DNA of 64,000 bases from an uncultured bacterium (GCA_964651045.1 CAZYVD010000006.1:8570-72569); one strand, 5' to 3'. Shown: positions 1 through 10,663, counted from the stretch's first letter. The notes: generated by a model from the letters alone, not told the origin. Translations and numbers: made by a program.

Positions 1-46
1 ATAGAATAAATATAAAAATGATCAGGAATGCTTTTTTAAGCTTCAT
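1..46 (-). CDS. Partial CDS: N-terminus of a secreted or membrane protein whose body lies beyond the window start (MKLKKAFLIIFIFIL...)
   Basis: Minus-strand ATG at 44-46 preceded by a GGAGGA Shine-Dalgarno sequence (51-56). The N-terminus is hydrophobic and signal-peptide-like. The ORF runs off the window edge. Confidence 0.3.
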   Translation of the reverse strand, partial: MKLKKAFLIIFIFIL

Positions 47-541
47 GGTTTCCTCCTATGATATGATGTTTAAATAAGGCTCAATAGATCAGATTATGTT
101 TGATTGAAAATATTTTACTTATTCTACAAAAATAATAATAGAAATTCAAGTGAAAAATAAAATAATCGATACTCGATTTTTTAACCGCATTGAATCAAAA
201 ATAAAGTAACTTTAGTGGAATTGATGTTTTTAAAAATTGGTCGCTGCCCTATAACAGATGTAACAATAAAACAGGAGAATTAATTATGAGCACAACGATC
301 AAATATCTACTCGTTCCCAAACGCCAGTTTTGGAACGATGTTGAAAACCTTTCTATATATATTCTATACGAAAAATATAGTTGTTCTCGTTTTTTTGGAT
401 TGCGCTAGCATGTTGCCGCTTTTAAAAGCGACGCCAAGGCGTCGAAATCCAAAAGTGAATAAAGAAAATTTGACTACTACTAATATCTTCAGTTACATTT
501 TATTTTTAGGTAAAAAGTAACAATGTCTATAAATAATTAAC

Positions 542-570
542 TTGACATTCTTGAAGGATTATATTAATTT
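542..570 (+). promoter_or_regulatory. Sigma-70-like promoter for tRNA-Pro (TTGACA -35 at 542-547; TAATTT/TTAATT -10 near 564-570)
   Basis: Perfect TTGACA hexamer, 16-17 nt spacer and an AT-rich -10, about 20 nt upstream of the mature tRNA 5' end. Confidence 0.35.
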
Positions 571-588
571 ATTTTCAAAAAGCAGCAA

Positions 589-663
589 CGGGGCGTGGCG
601 CAGCCCGGTTAGCGCGCATGACTGGGGGTCATGAGGTCGAGAGTTCAAATCTCTCCGCCCCGA
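589..663 (+). tRNA. tRNA-Pro (anticodon GGG)
   Basis: Manual cloverleaf fold: 7-bp acceptor stem CGGGGCG/CGCCCCG; D-stem GCGC/GCGC; anticodon stem CATGA/TCATG with loop CTGGGGG (anticodon GGG, G37); T-stem GAGAG/CTCTC with T-loop TTCAAAT; discriminator A. CCA is not encoded. Length 75 nt. Confidence 0.85.
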
Positions 664-672
664 CTAAGGATG

Positions 673-711
673 GGGTTCTGATCATATAGATTTTATCAGA
701 ACCCTTTTTTT
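673..711 (+). terminator. Rho-independent terminator after tRNA-Pro
   Basis: 10-bp perfect stem GGGTTCTGAT / ATCAGAACCC with a 12-nt loop, followed by TTTTTTT. Confidence 0.7.
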
Positions 712-737
712 AATCATGCTTAAAGGGGAGTTGAATA

Positions 738-2540
738 ATGACACTTAAACGGTCTGAATTATTAAAAAAATATAAGTGGAAAACGACAGACATTTTCTCA
801 ACAGATAAGGATTGGTACAAAGAGAAGGAAGATCTCATTGAAAAATTTAATGATATTCTTCAATACAGAGGTAGATTATCATCTTCTGCCTCTATGCTAC
901 TGGAGTGTCTTGAATTGAACAGCACTATAGAAAGGAGATTGGGATCTCTTTATGGATATGCATGCTGCAGATCTGATGAGGATTTGAGAAATTCAAAATA
1001 TATAGGTATGAAACAAGAGATAGAGCAGGCAATGATAGAGTATTCGTCTATCTCTTCATTCATAGAACCAGAGATAGCACAGATGAGCAGGAATCTAATA
1101 GATGGTTTTATAAAGGAAGATCCATCCCTGAAAAAATATAGTATGAAACTTTTTGATATTTATAGATTAAAACCTCATAAACTCTCTACAGGTGAGGAGA
1201 AAATTCTTGCAAGGGCAAAGATGCTTGCAGATTCTCCATATTCTATATTTTCTATTTTCAGTAATGCAGAATTACCATATCCAGAAGTAAAATTGAAAGA
1301 GGGTAAAAAAGTATTGTTAGATCAGTCGGGATATGCAAAATATAGATCATCCCCGGATAGAAGAGATAGAGAGACTGTTTTTAAAAAGTTCTGGGGTGTA
1401 ATAAATAAATTTAAAGGCACACTTGGTGCAAAGTTATATGCAAGTGTTAAGGGTGATGTTTTTTTCTCAATTTGCAGGGGGTATGACTCATCGCTCAAGG
1501 CAAGTCTTGATGTGAATAACATTCCTGAAGAGATATATCATAATCTTATAAAAAACATAAATAAAAACCTTGATACTTTCCATCGCTATCTTTTGCTAAG
1601 AAAGAGATTATTGAATGTGGAAAGGCTTGAGTACTGGGATATTTATGCTCCTGCTGTAGTGGAGCTTGATTTTAAATTTTCGATCGATGAAGGATGGGAT
1701 ATTATCGAAGATTCACTGAGTTGTCTCGGTCCGGAATATCTTTCTGTGCTAAAAATGGCAAGAGGAGGGAGATGGGTCGATGTGTTTCCATCTCCTGGCA
1801 AGAGATCTGGTGCATACTCAAATGGAGCTATCTATGATGTTCATCCATTTATTCTTTTGAACTATAATGAAGATTACAAGGATGTGACAACTCTTGCTCA
1901 CGAGCTGGGACATGCAATACACAGCTATTTTTCAAATAAAAATCAGCCCTTTGCCACTGCCTTTTATCCAATATTTATTGCGGAGGTCTCTTCAATAATC
2001 AACGAACTGTTGTTAACCAGAACCATGATTCAGAGAGCCGGGAAAGATGATGTGAAACTTTCCCTTCTTGTGGAGTACCTAGATGGTTTCAAGGGCACAC
2101 TCTTCAGACAGACAAAATTTGCAGAATTTGAACTACTTATTCATGAGATGGTTGAAAGGGGAGATACATTAACAGGAGACAATCTTACCAGTATTTATGG
2201 AAACCTTCTACGAAAATATTATGGACACGTAAAGGGTATTTGCCACATAGATGATCTCTTTATGACTGAATGGGCAAATATTCCACATTTTTATATGAAT
2301 TTCTATGTTTACCAGTATGGTGTATCTTTTACAGCAGCAGTTGTTATGGCTGAGAGCATTATGAGGGGTGAGCAGGGAGTGGTTGAAAGATACTTGCACT
2401 TTCTATCTGCTGGAGGATCCGACTATCCAATCGAGATATTAAAGAGGGCAGGTGTAGATTTGACTTCAAATCAACCCTTCGAGAGAGCAATTGAGTCGAT
2501 GAATAGTGCTATGGATGAGATCGAATCGTTAATAGGATAG
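738..2540 (+). CDS. pepF: Oligoendopeptidase F (M3B family metallopeptidase)
   Basis: 600 aa. Zinc-binding HEXXH motif (TLAHELGHAIHSYFS) with the downstream Glu typical of M3 peptidases. RBS AGGGGAG upstream. Confidence 0.85.
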   Translation: MTLKRSELLKKYKWKTTDIFSTDKDWYKEKEDLIEKFNDILQYRGRLSSSASMLLECLELNSTIERRLGSLYGYACCRSDEDLRNSKYIGMKQEIEQAMIEYSSISSFIEPEIAQMSRNLIDGFIKEDPSLKKYSMKLFDIYRLKPHKLSTGEEKILARAKMLADSPYSIFSIFSNAELPYPEVKLKEGKKVLLDQSGYAKYRSSPDRRDRETVFKKFWGVINKFKGTLGAKLYASVKGDVFFSICRGYDSSLKASLDVNNIPEEIYHNLIKNINKNLDTFHRYLLLRKRLLNVERLEYWDIYAPAVVELDFKFSIDEGWDIIEDSLSCLGPEYLSVLKMARGGRWVDVFPSPGKRSGAYSNGAIYDVHPFILLNYNEDYKDVTTLAHELGHAIHSYFSNKNQPFATAFYPIFIAEVSSIINELLLTRTMIQRAGKDDVKLSLLVEYLDGFKGTLFRQTKFAEFELLIHEMVERGDTLTGDNLTSIYGNLLRKYYGHVKGICHIDDLFMTEWANIPHFYMNFYVYQYGVSFTAAVVMAESIMRGEQGVVERYLHFLSAGGSDYPIEILKRAGVDLTSNQPFERAIESMNSAMDEIESLIG

Positions 2541-2542
2541 TC

Positions 2543-3586
2543 TTAAGAGGCCTCATTTAGCTTTTTCTTAAGCTGTTCTATCTTCTCTTTATATTTTTTA
2601 TTATCAGGATCTTTTTGAAGGAGATTTTCAAATACCTCTATTGCCTTTGCATACTGTCCCTGTGCCTCATATATTTCGCCAAGAGTAGGACTAACGATTT
2701 TTGCTTCACTCTTTTCTTCTTTATTTGATTTTACTTTTTCAGTTTCCTCAGGTCTTTGTTCTCCCTCTTCTATTTCTGACTCCTCTTCAAAAAATGATGT
2801 CAAATCTTCATCCTGTTTTAAATCTGAATCCTTTTTCTCTTCTGTGGGAGTAGTCGAGATCTCATCTTTGTTTTTTTCATCTGCAAAGAAATCAAATGGA
2901 AGATCTATATGATCGGAAAATCCTTCTGATGGAGTCTCTTGTTCTACCTTTTCTTCAGTTTCCAGAACATCCGGTTTGTTTTCTTCAACAGGAATATCGA
3001 ATAGAAAATCCTCTTCAGAACTTTCCAGAGTATCGCTCAGTGAATCATCCCTGGTTTCTTCCAGGAGATCATTCTCATCTTCTATAAAAATCTCATCAAG
3101 CTTTTCTGTAATATCTTCTTCTATTTCTTGGGATTGATCTCCAATAAGCTCTTCATCCTTTTGTTCTTTCAAAGGCTGCTGTTCTCTTTCACTCATTTTC
3201 TTTAATATCTGTCTTATCTCTTCGGTCAATGGATCGATGTTGAGAATATCTTTGTAGTATATTGTTGCCTTGTTTTCCCATCCCATCTTCAGCATCAGAT
3301 CTCCAAGCTGTTTATATGCGGATATGTAGTGGCGGTCGTAAGAGAGAACCTTTTTAAATTCAGATTCAGCCTTCTCCCAGTCTTCGATTGCCAGATAGGC
3401 TTTGCCAAGAACATAGTTGCCAGTAATGTATTCGGGATTGTGCTCTATACCATTTTTACACAGTTCTATTGCTTCGTCGAATCGGTTTTCTTTTAAATAG
3501 TAGTCTGCGAGTCTGGCAAATAGAATCGAATTTGGATTGTCTTTGACTCGATTTTCAAGATACTGAATAATTCTATCTTTATCCAT
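2543..3586 (-). CDS. TPR-repeat protein with a long central acidic (Glu/Asp-rich) low-complexity region
   Basis: TPR-like repeats at the N-terminus (ARLADYYLKENRFDEAIELCKNGIE...) and C-terminus (LGEIYEAQGQYAKAIEVFENLLQKDPDN). The middle about 150 aa is strongly acidic. Convergent with pepF. Confidence 0.6.
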   Translation of the reverse strand: MDKDRIIQYLENRVKDNPNSILFARLADYYLKENRFDEAIELCKNGIEHNPEYITGNYVLGKAYLAIEDWEKAESEFKKVLSYDRHYISAYKQLGDLMLKMGWENKATIYYKDILNIDPLTEEIRQILKKMSEREQQPLKEQKDEELIGDQSQEIEEDITEKLDEIFIEDENDLLEETRDDSLSDTLESSEEDFLFDIPVEENKPDVLETEEKVEQETPSEGFSDHIDLPFDFFADEKNKDEISTTPTEEKKDSDLKQDEDLTSFFEEESEIEEGEQRPEETEKVKSNKEEKSEAKIVSPTLGEIYEAQGQYAKAIEVFENLLQKDPDNKKYKEKIEQLKKKLNEAS

Positions 3587-3611
3587 TACTAAAACCTCAT
3601 ACTAATTCAAA

Positions 3612-4748
3612 TTATCTATTAATGGATTTGATAATATTTGATAGTATGGGTAGACTTTCTGGTGATTTTGATATGGCTTGAATGTCTTCATTGTTTCCTG
3701 AATTGTACGCATACTTTTCGAAGTAATAATTTTCCTCACTCAATTTTGGTACGTAAACATGATCCGCTTGCGATTCAAACTCATAAGATGTTCTGAATGC
3801 TATGGCTGTGAGATCGAGATTTAATTCTCTTCCAAGAGAGGATTCAATATTCAGAAGCTCATCAGTCTGGTAGAGAAGAGAACCATCAACTTCTATTATT
3901 ATCGTTTTGTCACTCTTTATTGTAATGAAGATGTCGTTATACTCACCCTCGCCAGTTCTTATCAGAGGTGATGAGCCTTTAGAATCTTCTTTAAGAAGAG
4001 TCCAGCGGGAATCAAAGCCATCGAAATAGTAGGCAAGAAGTGCCCAGTTTGTCGTGTCGTCCGGATATATTACGAAAAAGTAGCTTTTTACAGCAACCAC
4101 ACCAATATCGTTAACTTGAAAGTTTATTCCATAATATCCTGCAGTGTCTGTTTCTGTCGATCTTGCTATTTTCATGTTTATTTTGTACTCGGGCTTGAGA
4201 AATGGGTTGAATGTATGCTGAATATCTCCGTCGTAGAGGTTTTTGTTTCCCTTTATGTGCATTGCACTGTCTGCGATCCAGAAATCGCAGTAATGTTGAT
4301 ACCAGTGTGGGAGCGTATCTGTAAATGTGTCATAGAATATGCCCTTTACCTCGATGTTAACATTTTCCGATACTGAGTCGATTCCGTCAGATATTGTTAC
4401 ATCTATTCTATATGTGCCATCCTCATATGGTGCAGTCCAGTCGATTGAATCAGATTTTGTCTTTGCGGCTAGCATGGCTGAATATTTTTTTAGCATGCTT
4501 TTACTCGTATTTAGTGTGCCGCCGCTGCATGACCAGTAGTATTTGAGATTATCATTATCTTCATCTTCAACAGTAACCTTTATGTTTGAAACAGCACCCT
4601 GACCGAGAGAAGAGGGTCTTGCTACGAGTGTTATGATGTCAGGCGTGTGGTTTTCGCCAGGATTTGTGCTGTTTTTTTTGCTGCAAACAATTGTAGACAT
4701 AATTGTCAGGATCACTATGATTGATTTGGCGCTCTTCCACAATCTCAT
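3612..4748 (-). CDS. Hypothetical secreted protein or lipoprotein, possibly with an Ig/PKD-like domain
   Basis: N-terminal signal peptide (MRLWKSAKSIIVILTIMSTIVCSKK). No catalytic motif recognised. Confidence 0.45.
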   Translation of the reverse strand: MRLWKSAKSIIVILTIMSTIVCSKKNSTNPGENHTPDIITLVARPSSLGQGAVSNIKVTVEDEDNDNLKYYWSCSGGTLNTSKSMLKKYSAMLAAKTKSDSIDWTAPYEDGTYRIDVTISDGIDSVSENVNIEVKGIFYDTFTDTLPHWYQHYCDFWIADSAMHIKGNKNLYDGDIQHTFNPFLKPEYKINMKIARSTETDTAGYYGINFQVNDIGVVAVKSYFFVIYPDDTTNWALLAYYFDGFDSRWTLLKEDSKGSSPLIRTGEGEYNDIFITIKSDKTIIIEVDGSLLYQTDELLNIESSLGRELNLDLTAIAFRTSYEFESQADHVYVPKLSEENYYFEKYAYNSGNNEDIQAISKSPESLPILSNIIKSINR

Positions 4749-4831
4749 GTTCAGTCCCTTTTCTTTGATGGTTTTCCAAGTCTAACAAATATAGATATAA
4801 ATATCTCTATTAACAAGGATTTTTTATCCGT

Positions 4832-5326
4832 CTACCAGCCAGATACCAGACGGTTGATTATTACCTCTTTTAGTTTCTCTACAGCCTCTTTTATTCCATC
4901 GTCGCGGTTAACTCCTTCATATCTGCCCCATTCACTGAATTCTTCCTCCCAGAGAGTCTTTCTTTTTTTAATGTCTTCAAATGTAACTCTGACGGTGATA
5001 AAAATTCTGTAATCCGATGCTCTCTCTTGCTGGTCGTATTGTCCTGCCTGTTCCCGTACATCTACAATGATTCCCTTTAATACTGAGTCTACGCCGCGAG
5101 GGCCGGATATCTTCAAGGTGTTGTCCTTAGTGATTCCATCGATGATGGCGTCTGTAAGCTGTTGATCTATTCCAAATTCGGCAGTCTTATCTTCGAATAG
5201 AGGCACATTAATGGTTTTTATGTGTGAAGGTATTGTGGACCCCGAAAAAGAATAGATTCCACATCTGGTTATTATGAGAACGAGATAGATTGATGTTATG
5301 ATAAATGCTGTCTTTATTCTATTCAA
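4832..5326 (-). CDS. Hypothetical exported protein, last gene of the EBP operon
   Basis: 164 aa with an N-terminal hydrophobic segment. Its start overlaps the upstream EBP gene by 8 nt. Confidence 0.45.
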   Translation of the reverse strand: MNRIKTAFIITSIYLVLIITRCGIYSFSGSTIPSHIKTINVPLFEDKTAEFGIDQQLTDAIIDGITKDNTLKISGPRGVDSVLKGIIVDVREQAGQYDQQERASDYRIFITVRVTFEDIKKRKTLWEEEFSEWGRYEGVNRDDGIKEAVEKLKEVIINRLVSGW

Positions 5327-6473
5327 GATTGTACTCCTTCAATTTCCTATATAGAGTTCTTTCGCCAATGCCGAGCGCTTTTGCAGCCTTTTTGCGGTTG
5401 CCTTTATAGATTTTAAGAGCCTTTTCTATGTTAATCCTTTCCATCTGTTTTATATTTAATGTTTCTTCCTTATTTTCTTTTGCTGCTTCTTCGGTAATCT
5501 CGGCATGAAATGGGTACTTGAATTTAGGTTCTTTAAATTCTACTCCTTTTAATGTTGATATCATTGAACGAATATCTTCAATGGCCATCCGAATTTCAAC
5601 TAAGGCCCTGTATATTAATTCTCGCTCAGCCTGATCAGATGATTTGTGAAGAACTACAGGTAAATTCTTACTGATATTTTGCCTCTGTCCTATGTGTTGT
5701 TCTAAAAGAGCCCTGTCAATCAATGCTCCGCGATTCAAGATTATTACACGTTCTATGACGTTTCGGAGTTCCCGTATATTACCGGGCCAAGGATATTCCT
5801 CCATGAGTTGAAACCCGTCTTCTGTGATTCCCCTGCATTTGATTTTGTTTGTCCTGCACACATCCTCTGCAAACTTCACAGCCAATATTCTAATGTCCTC
5901 TTTTCTCTTTCGAAGAGGAGGTATGAAGATTCTGACAGCGTTTAGTCTGTAGAAAAGGTCTTGCCTGAATTCTCCACGTTCGACTGCCTGTTCAAGATCT
6001 TTGTTTGTTGCTGCAATAACCCGTACATCGACCTTTTTAATTTTATCGCCACCAACCTCCATATACTCCTTTTCCTCGAGTACACGAAGAAGTTTAACCT
6101 GGGTCTGAAGCGACATTTCTCCTATCTCATCGAGAAATATTGTTCCTCCATTGGCTGTTTCAAAATATCCCTTTCTCGATTCTACCGCACCTGTAAACGA
6201 TCCTTTTGCATGACCAAACAATTCACTCTCTAATATTCCTTCTGGAATAGCACCACAGTTTACAGTTATCATTGGTTTGTCTTTTCTTGGGCTTAGGTTG
6301 TGAATTGCTCTGGCAGCCATCTCTTTTCCAGTACCGCTTTCACCGGTTATCAGGACTGTGATGTTTGTTGGTGCAACCTGCTTTATTATTTCCAGCACAG
6401 AACGAAACGATTCGGATCTGCCAATCAGTCCCATATCTTCAGGCAGAATATTTTTATTATCATTTTGCTTCAT
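5319..6473 (-). CDS. Sigma-54-dependent transcriptional activator (EBP) without a receiver or sensory domain (PspF-like architecture): AAA+ core plus C-terminal Fis-type HTH
   Basis: Walker [15 protein letters not shown]-type motif (GSFTGA), ESELFGH, and a C-terminal HTH ([19 protein letters not shown]). Only about 20 aa precede the AAA+ domain. Confidence 0.85.
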   Translation of the reverse strand: MKQNDNKNILPEDMGLIGRSESFRSVLEIIKQVAPTNITVLITGESGTGKEMAARAIHNLSPRKDKPMITVNCGAIPEGILESELFGHAKGSFTGAVESRKGYFETANGGTIFLDEIGEMSLQTQVKLLRVLEEKEYMEVGGDKIKKVDVRVIAATNKDLEQAVERGEFRQDLFYRLNAVRIFIPPLRKRKEDIRILAVKFAEDVCRTNKIKCRGITEDGFQLMEEYPWPGNIRELRNVIERVIILNRGALIDRALLEQHIGQRQNISKNLPVVLHKSSDQAERELIYRALVEIRMAIEDIRSMISTLKGVEFKEPKFKYPFHAEITEEAAKENKEETLNIKQMERINIEKALKIYKGNRKKAAKALGIGERTLYRKLKEYNLE

Positions 6474-7205
6474 CTATACCTCTGTTATATATCCATCGTG
6501 TGTAAAAATTACCATGTTCTCGAGACCCGCTTCCTTTTGAGCCTCGCCTTCAGCCTCGGGTTTTATATGTGATATTAAGATGCGTTCTATCCCCTTTGAT
6601 TTTGCATAGTAAACTATCTCTTCCATTTCGATATGTGTATATTCTGTTATTAATAAATCAGGATTCAGATCATCTCTTTTGAGGTGATCGAGAGAGTTTA
6701 CATCGGATGTCAATAGAACGGAACCACCATTCTTTTCTGATATTAAAAGGCTAAAGCTGTTGTATTTTTCTTCTGAAGGAGGAATATGATCATTAGGTAT
6801 TGGACTTATCATAACTTCCTTACAGTCGATTCTATCTCGGGAGGTCATGGATTGTATATAGATTTTATATTCCCATCTATCTGGATATATCTGAAAGTAC
6901 TTTAAAATACTCTCAAATCCAGGTCTGGTTCCTTCTGGTATGTATATTCTGAGCGATTTTCTTCTATCCATGAGATGCATAAACTGAAGCAGTGGAAAAA
7001 GTCCTGCTATGTGGTCGGGATGTGTGTGGGTGATTATAATGTATTCTATTCTATTCTGATCTATTCCAAGACCCGCGAGTTGCCCGCTAGTTCCCTCACC
7101 TGCATCAATGAGTAATTGAACCTTGCCTGTATCAAAAAGATACCCGGAACCGTTTCTATCCGGTACAGGAACTCCAGACCCTGTTCCAAGAACGATTACC
7201 TTCAA
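6474..7205 (-). CDS. MBL-fold metallo-hydrolase
   Basis: HxHxDH motif (ITHTHPDHIAG). The stop abuts the EBP start codon. Confidence 0.7.
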   Translation of the reverse strand: MKVIVLGTGSGVPVPDRNGSGYLFDTGKVQLLIDAGEGTSGQLAGLGIDQNRIEYIIITHTHPDHIAGLFPLLQFMHLMDRRKSLRIYIPEGTRPGFESILKYFQIYPDRWEYKIYIQSMTSRDRIDCKEVMISPIPNDHIPPSEEKYNSFSLLISEKNGGSVLLTSDVNSLDHLKRDDLNPDLLITEYTHIEMEEIVYYAKSKGIERILISHIKPEAEGEAQKEAGLENMVIFTHDGYITEV

Positions 7206-8126
7206 CTATTTATTCCTCCTAAAGAAATTAATTGTTCGTTTTATTCCTTCATTAAAATTGACTTCCGCTTTCCAGTCAAGCATTTTTTCTGCCTTTTTAG
7301 ATGAGATTACGCTTCTTCTCTGTTCCCCAGGCAGAGCCCTGCCGTGTTTTTCTTTAACACCTGAACCAGAAATCTCTTTTATTATCTTGAAAATCGTGTT
7401 TACATCTGTCTCTACGCCTGTTCCAATGTTATATATTTCATTTCTCTTATCATTAAGTGCCTTTAGATTTGCTTTGGCAACATCCGCAACATATATGTAG
7501 TCTCTTGTCTGTTTGCCATCGCCATTTATGACAGCCTGCTGATTGTTGAGGAGTTTGTGTGCAAAGATGGCTATTACTCCGGCTTCTCCGAACGGATTCT
7601 GTCTTGGACCATATACATTAGAATAGCGCAGTATTGTATAATTTAACCCATATTCTATGTTATAGAAAAACAGATATTTCTCTACCGTTAATTTTGTAAT
7701 TCCATAAGGTGATACGGGGCGAAGGGGATGTGTCTCGTCACACGGGTAACTTTCCTGCTCGCCATAAACTGCTCCTCCTGTGGAGGCAAATATGAATTTT
7801 TTTATATCATACTTTATACAGTTTTGAAGTATGTTTAGACTTCCCTTGACATTCACATCGGCATCAAAAAGTGGATCTGCTACTGATTTTCTAACATCCA
7901 TCTGGGCGGCCTGGTGGCAGATAGCATCAAATTTTTCTATTTCAAATATCCTGTCTACTTCTCTGGATCTGATATCGATTAAATAGAATTTTGCCTTTGT
8001 GTTTAAATTTTCCATTCGTCCTGTTGAGAGATTGTCAATCACCACCACATCATGCCCAGCATCGATAAATGTGTCTACAATATGGGAACCAATAAAACCT
8101 GCTCCACCGGTTACTAAAATTTTCAT
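7206..8126 (-). CDS. NAD-dependent epimerase/dehydratase (UDP-glucose 4-epimerase-like SDR)
   Basis: N-terminal Rossmann motif MKILVTGGAGFIGSH and a YxxxK-type SDR active site (SPYGITK). Confidence 0.8.
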   Translation of the reverse strand: MKILVTGGAGFIGSHIVDTFIDAGHDVVVIDNLSTGRMENLNTKAKFYLIDIRSREVDRIFEIEKFDAICHQAAQMDVRKSVADPLFDADVNVKGSLNILQNCIKYDIKKFIFASTGGAVYGEQESYPCDETHPLRPVSPYGITKLTVEKYLFFYNIEYGLNYTILRYSNVYGPRQNPFGEAGVIAIFAHKLLNNQQAVINGDGKQTRDYIYVADVAKANLKALNDKRNEIYNIGTGVETDVNTIFKIIKEISGSGVKEKHGRALPGEQRRSVISSKKAEKMLDWKAEVNFNEGIKRTINFFRRNK

Positions 8127-8140
8127 AATTTATTCTCCGA

Positions 8141-9067
8141 TCAGTTTGAGGCTTCTTTAACTACTCTATTTCGTAGTGTACCTATTTCAGATATGGTGAC
8201 TTCAATTAGATCACCATCTACAATTGGACCTACTCCATGTGGAGTTCCTGTTGCAATTATATCACCCGGTTCAAGAGTCATGAATCGTGAAAGATATGAA
8301 ACGATATCTGGAATTTTAAAAATCATTTTAGATGTAGAACTCTTCTGCCTGATTTTTCCATTGACCTTGAGATTAATATTGAGTGAGTGGGGATTATCGA
8401 TTTCGTCCGAAGGAACAATATATGGTCCAACAGGACAGAATGTATCGATACTCTTTGATCTAAGCCATGGCCTTTTTTGGGCAATGTCTTTTTTCTGCAT
8501 GTCGCGAGCAGTAATATCATTGAGAATTGTATATCCAGAAATATAAGACAATGCATCTTTTGCAGCAATATTTTTACATCTCTTGCCCACAATCAATGCG
8601 AGTTCCGCCTCATGATCGACTCTTGTATTGAGCCATTCTGGAATTATTATATCTTTATCGTGTGGTATGAGTGACGAGGGAGCCTTGGAAAAGAAGATTG
8701 GTTCGTCAGGTATTTCATGATCGAGCTCTTTAGCATGTTCTCTGTAATTTCTTCCGAGACAGATTATTTTTGTCGGACGGCTTATCGGCAGTTCATATTT
8801 GGGAGTTGTTTCAATAAGGAGCTGCTCCTTTTTGGCGGATACCCATGATTCAGAAAGAATTTCCCTTATCACAGAACCGGAGCAGTATCCCATTTCAACC
8901 AACACTTGGAGAAACGAAAAATCGATCGGCTTGCGTATCCCCTTTGCATGCTGATAAATCTGAAAGGCAAGAGTGAGATTAAAAGTTCCATCCGATGTAT
9001 GAACACCAATCATACTCCCTTGGTTCTCATCCAAGAATGAAAATATTTTTATGTTTGACTTTTCCAT
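8141..9067 (-). CDS. Fumarylacetoacetate hydrolase (FAH) family protein
   Basis: FAH-domain motifs (KIICLGRNYREHAKEL; metal-binding acidic residues). 308 aa. Confidence 0.7.
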   Translation of the reverse strand: MEKSNIKIFSFLDENQGSMIGVHTSDGTFNLTLAFQIYQHAKGIRKPIDFSFLQVLVEMGYCSGSVIREILSESWVSAKKEQLLIETTPKYELPISRPTKIICLGRNYREHAKELDHEIPDEPIFFSKAPSSLIPHDKDIIIPEWLNTRVDHEAELALIVGKRCKNIAAKDALSYISGYTILNDITARDMQKKDIAQKRPWLRSKSIDTFCPVGPYIVPSDEIDNPHSLNINLKVNGKIRQKSSTSKMIFKIPDIVSYLSRFMTLEPGDIIATGTPHGVGPIVDGDLIEVTISEIGTLRNRVVKEASN

Positions 9068-9170
9068 TTATCCATCCTTCTTTTATCTTTTAATTTATAA
9101 TAATTATATATTTTGATTTTTTCAAGAAAAATTTATATTATAAAAAATACCAATCTATAAGGAATCGAAT

Positions 9171-9848
9171 ATGGTTGCAAAGAATACACTAAATGAGAAG
9201 TGGTTTGATAAAAAAAGAAAAGAGATGGTCCAACATCAAATTATTGCACGAGGAGTAACAGATACTCTGGTAATTAAGGCAATGATGAAGGTTAAGAGAC
9301 ATCTATTTGTTCCTTCTGAAATTAAGAAATACAGTTATTCTGATGAACCTCTGCCAATAGGTTATGAGCAGACCATATCGCAGCCATATATTGTTGCATA
9401 TATGACGGAATCTTTGAAGCTTAAGGGTAGTGAAAGGGTACTGGAGATAGGAACTGGATCAGGATATCAGGCTGCTGTTCTGGCTGAAATTGTGAAAGAG
9501 GTTTATACAATTGAGATAGTAAAACCTCTGGCTGAAAATGCAGAGAAGATTTTGAGTAGACTCGGTTATTCGAATGTTCATGTCAGATGTGGAGATGGAT
9601 ATAAAGGGTGGCCAGAAGAAGCCCCATTTGATGCTATTATTATAACTGCTGCTCCTCCAAAAATTCCAGAACTTCTTGTGGATCAACTCAAACCTGGTGG
9701 TAGAATGGTAGTACCTATCGGGACCTGGTATCAGGAGCTTGTTCTGCTTATAAAAAACAAGGATGGTAGTGTCGAGAAGAAGAGGCTGCTTCCTGTTCGT
9801 TTTGTACCAATGGTTGGTGAGATCCAGAAGAAAAAGAAGAAAAAATAG
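9171..9848 (+). CDS. pcm: Protein-L-isoaspartate O-methyltransferase
   Basis: SAM-binding motif VLEIGTGSGYQAAVLAE and PIMT-like length, with an unusual C-terminal KKKKKK tail. Confidence 0.85.
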   Translation: MVAKNTLNEKWFDKKRKEMVQHQIIARGVTDTLVIKAMMKVKRHLFVPSEIKKYSYSDEPLPIGYEQTISQPYIVAYMTESLKLKGSERVLEIGTGSGYQAAVLAEIVKEVYTIEIVKPLAENAEKILSRLGYSNVHVRCGDGYKGWPEEAPFDAIIITAAPPKIPELLVDQLKPGGRMVVPIGTWYQELVLLIKNKDGSVEKKRLLPVRFVPMVGEIQKKKKKK

Positions 9849-9937
9849 ACTGCTGCAAATTGGATACATCTTCTGAAACAAATTGTAGTGTATTACGTCT
9901 ATTAATATATGAATCATAAAAAGATGAGGATTTATAA

Positions 9938-10645
9938 ATGGTAGAGAGAAAAAATTCTAACGGCAAATCTAAGCGTCTATACAAATCACGAAAAGATAAG
10001 ATGATAGATGGTGTGTGCGGAGGATTTGCAGAATATTTTAATATAGATGTCACACTGATCCGTATAGTATGGGCTCTGTCTTTGTTGATTAATGGATTGG
10101 GTCTCATTGCCTACATATTGGCAATGATATTTGTACCAGTAAATCCTTTGCATAAGAAGGAAGGAGTGGAGGAGAATAAGAGCAGATCTACTCCAGCAAT
10201 CATATGGGGTTCAATACTAATAATTATTGGATTTATTTTTCTTTCAAGAAGGATCGATCTATTCCCGTTTTATTGGGATTTTCCATGGAACTTTCATTTT
10301 TACCGATGGTGGATAGTACCCTATGGAATATTGTTCCCTATAGTATTGATTATTCTTGGAGTATTATATATAATTCACATAACTAAAGGGGAAAAAGATG
10401 TTAAGGTTGAATCCAAAAGAAAAAATAGCTCGACAGGTAATAGAAAGCTTTATAGGTCGAATGAAGATAAGGTAATAGGCGGAGTTTGTGGAGGATTGGC
10501 CAGATATTTTAATCTTGACGCTACATTGCTTAGAATTGGACTGGCTACTGTTGCGATTGTAACAAATATATTTTTTTGGGGCGTTATATATTTAATATTT
10601 TTAATAGTGTTACCGCACAATGTAGAAGATAGTTTAGCCAAATAA
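9938..10645 (+). CDS. Membrane protein with two tandem PspC domains
   Basis: PspC-type motifs occur twice (RLYKSRKDKMIDGVCGGFAEYFNIDVTLIRI and KLYRSNEDKVIGGVCGGLARYFNLDATLLRI), each followed by a TM helix. Confidence 0.75.
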   Translation: MVERKNSNGKSKRLYKSRKDKMIDGVCGGFAEYFNIDVTLIRIVWALSLLINGLGLIAYILAMIFVPVNPLHKKEGVEENKSRSTPAIIWGSILIIIGFIFLSRRIDLFPFYWDFPWNFHFYRWWIVPYGILFPIVLIILGVLYIIHITKGEKDVKVESKRKNSSTGNRKLYRSNEDKVIGGVCGGLARYFNLDATLLRIGLATVAIVTNIFFWGVIYLIFLIVLPHNVEDSLAK

Positions 10646-10663
10646 ATTTTCGGGAGATTCGAT

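Noticed and set aside
338-520. 60-aa ORF from the track (MLKTFLYIFYTKNIV...)
   Set aside because: Low-complexity hydrophobic sequence in an intergenic or promoter region. If anything is coded here it would start at 287, but even that is doubtful.
9820-9848. C-terminal KKKKKK tail on Pcm encoded by an A-rich run (gaagaaaaagaagaaaaaatag)
   Set aside because: Likely a benign lineage-specific tail. A homopolymer-associated error is possible, but there is no frameshift evidence.
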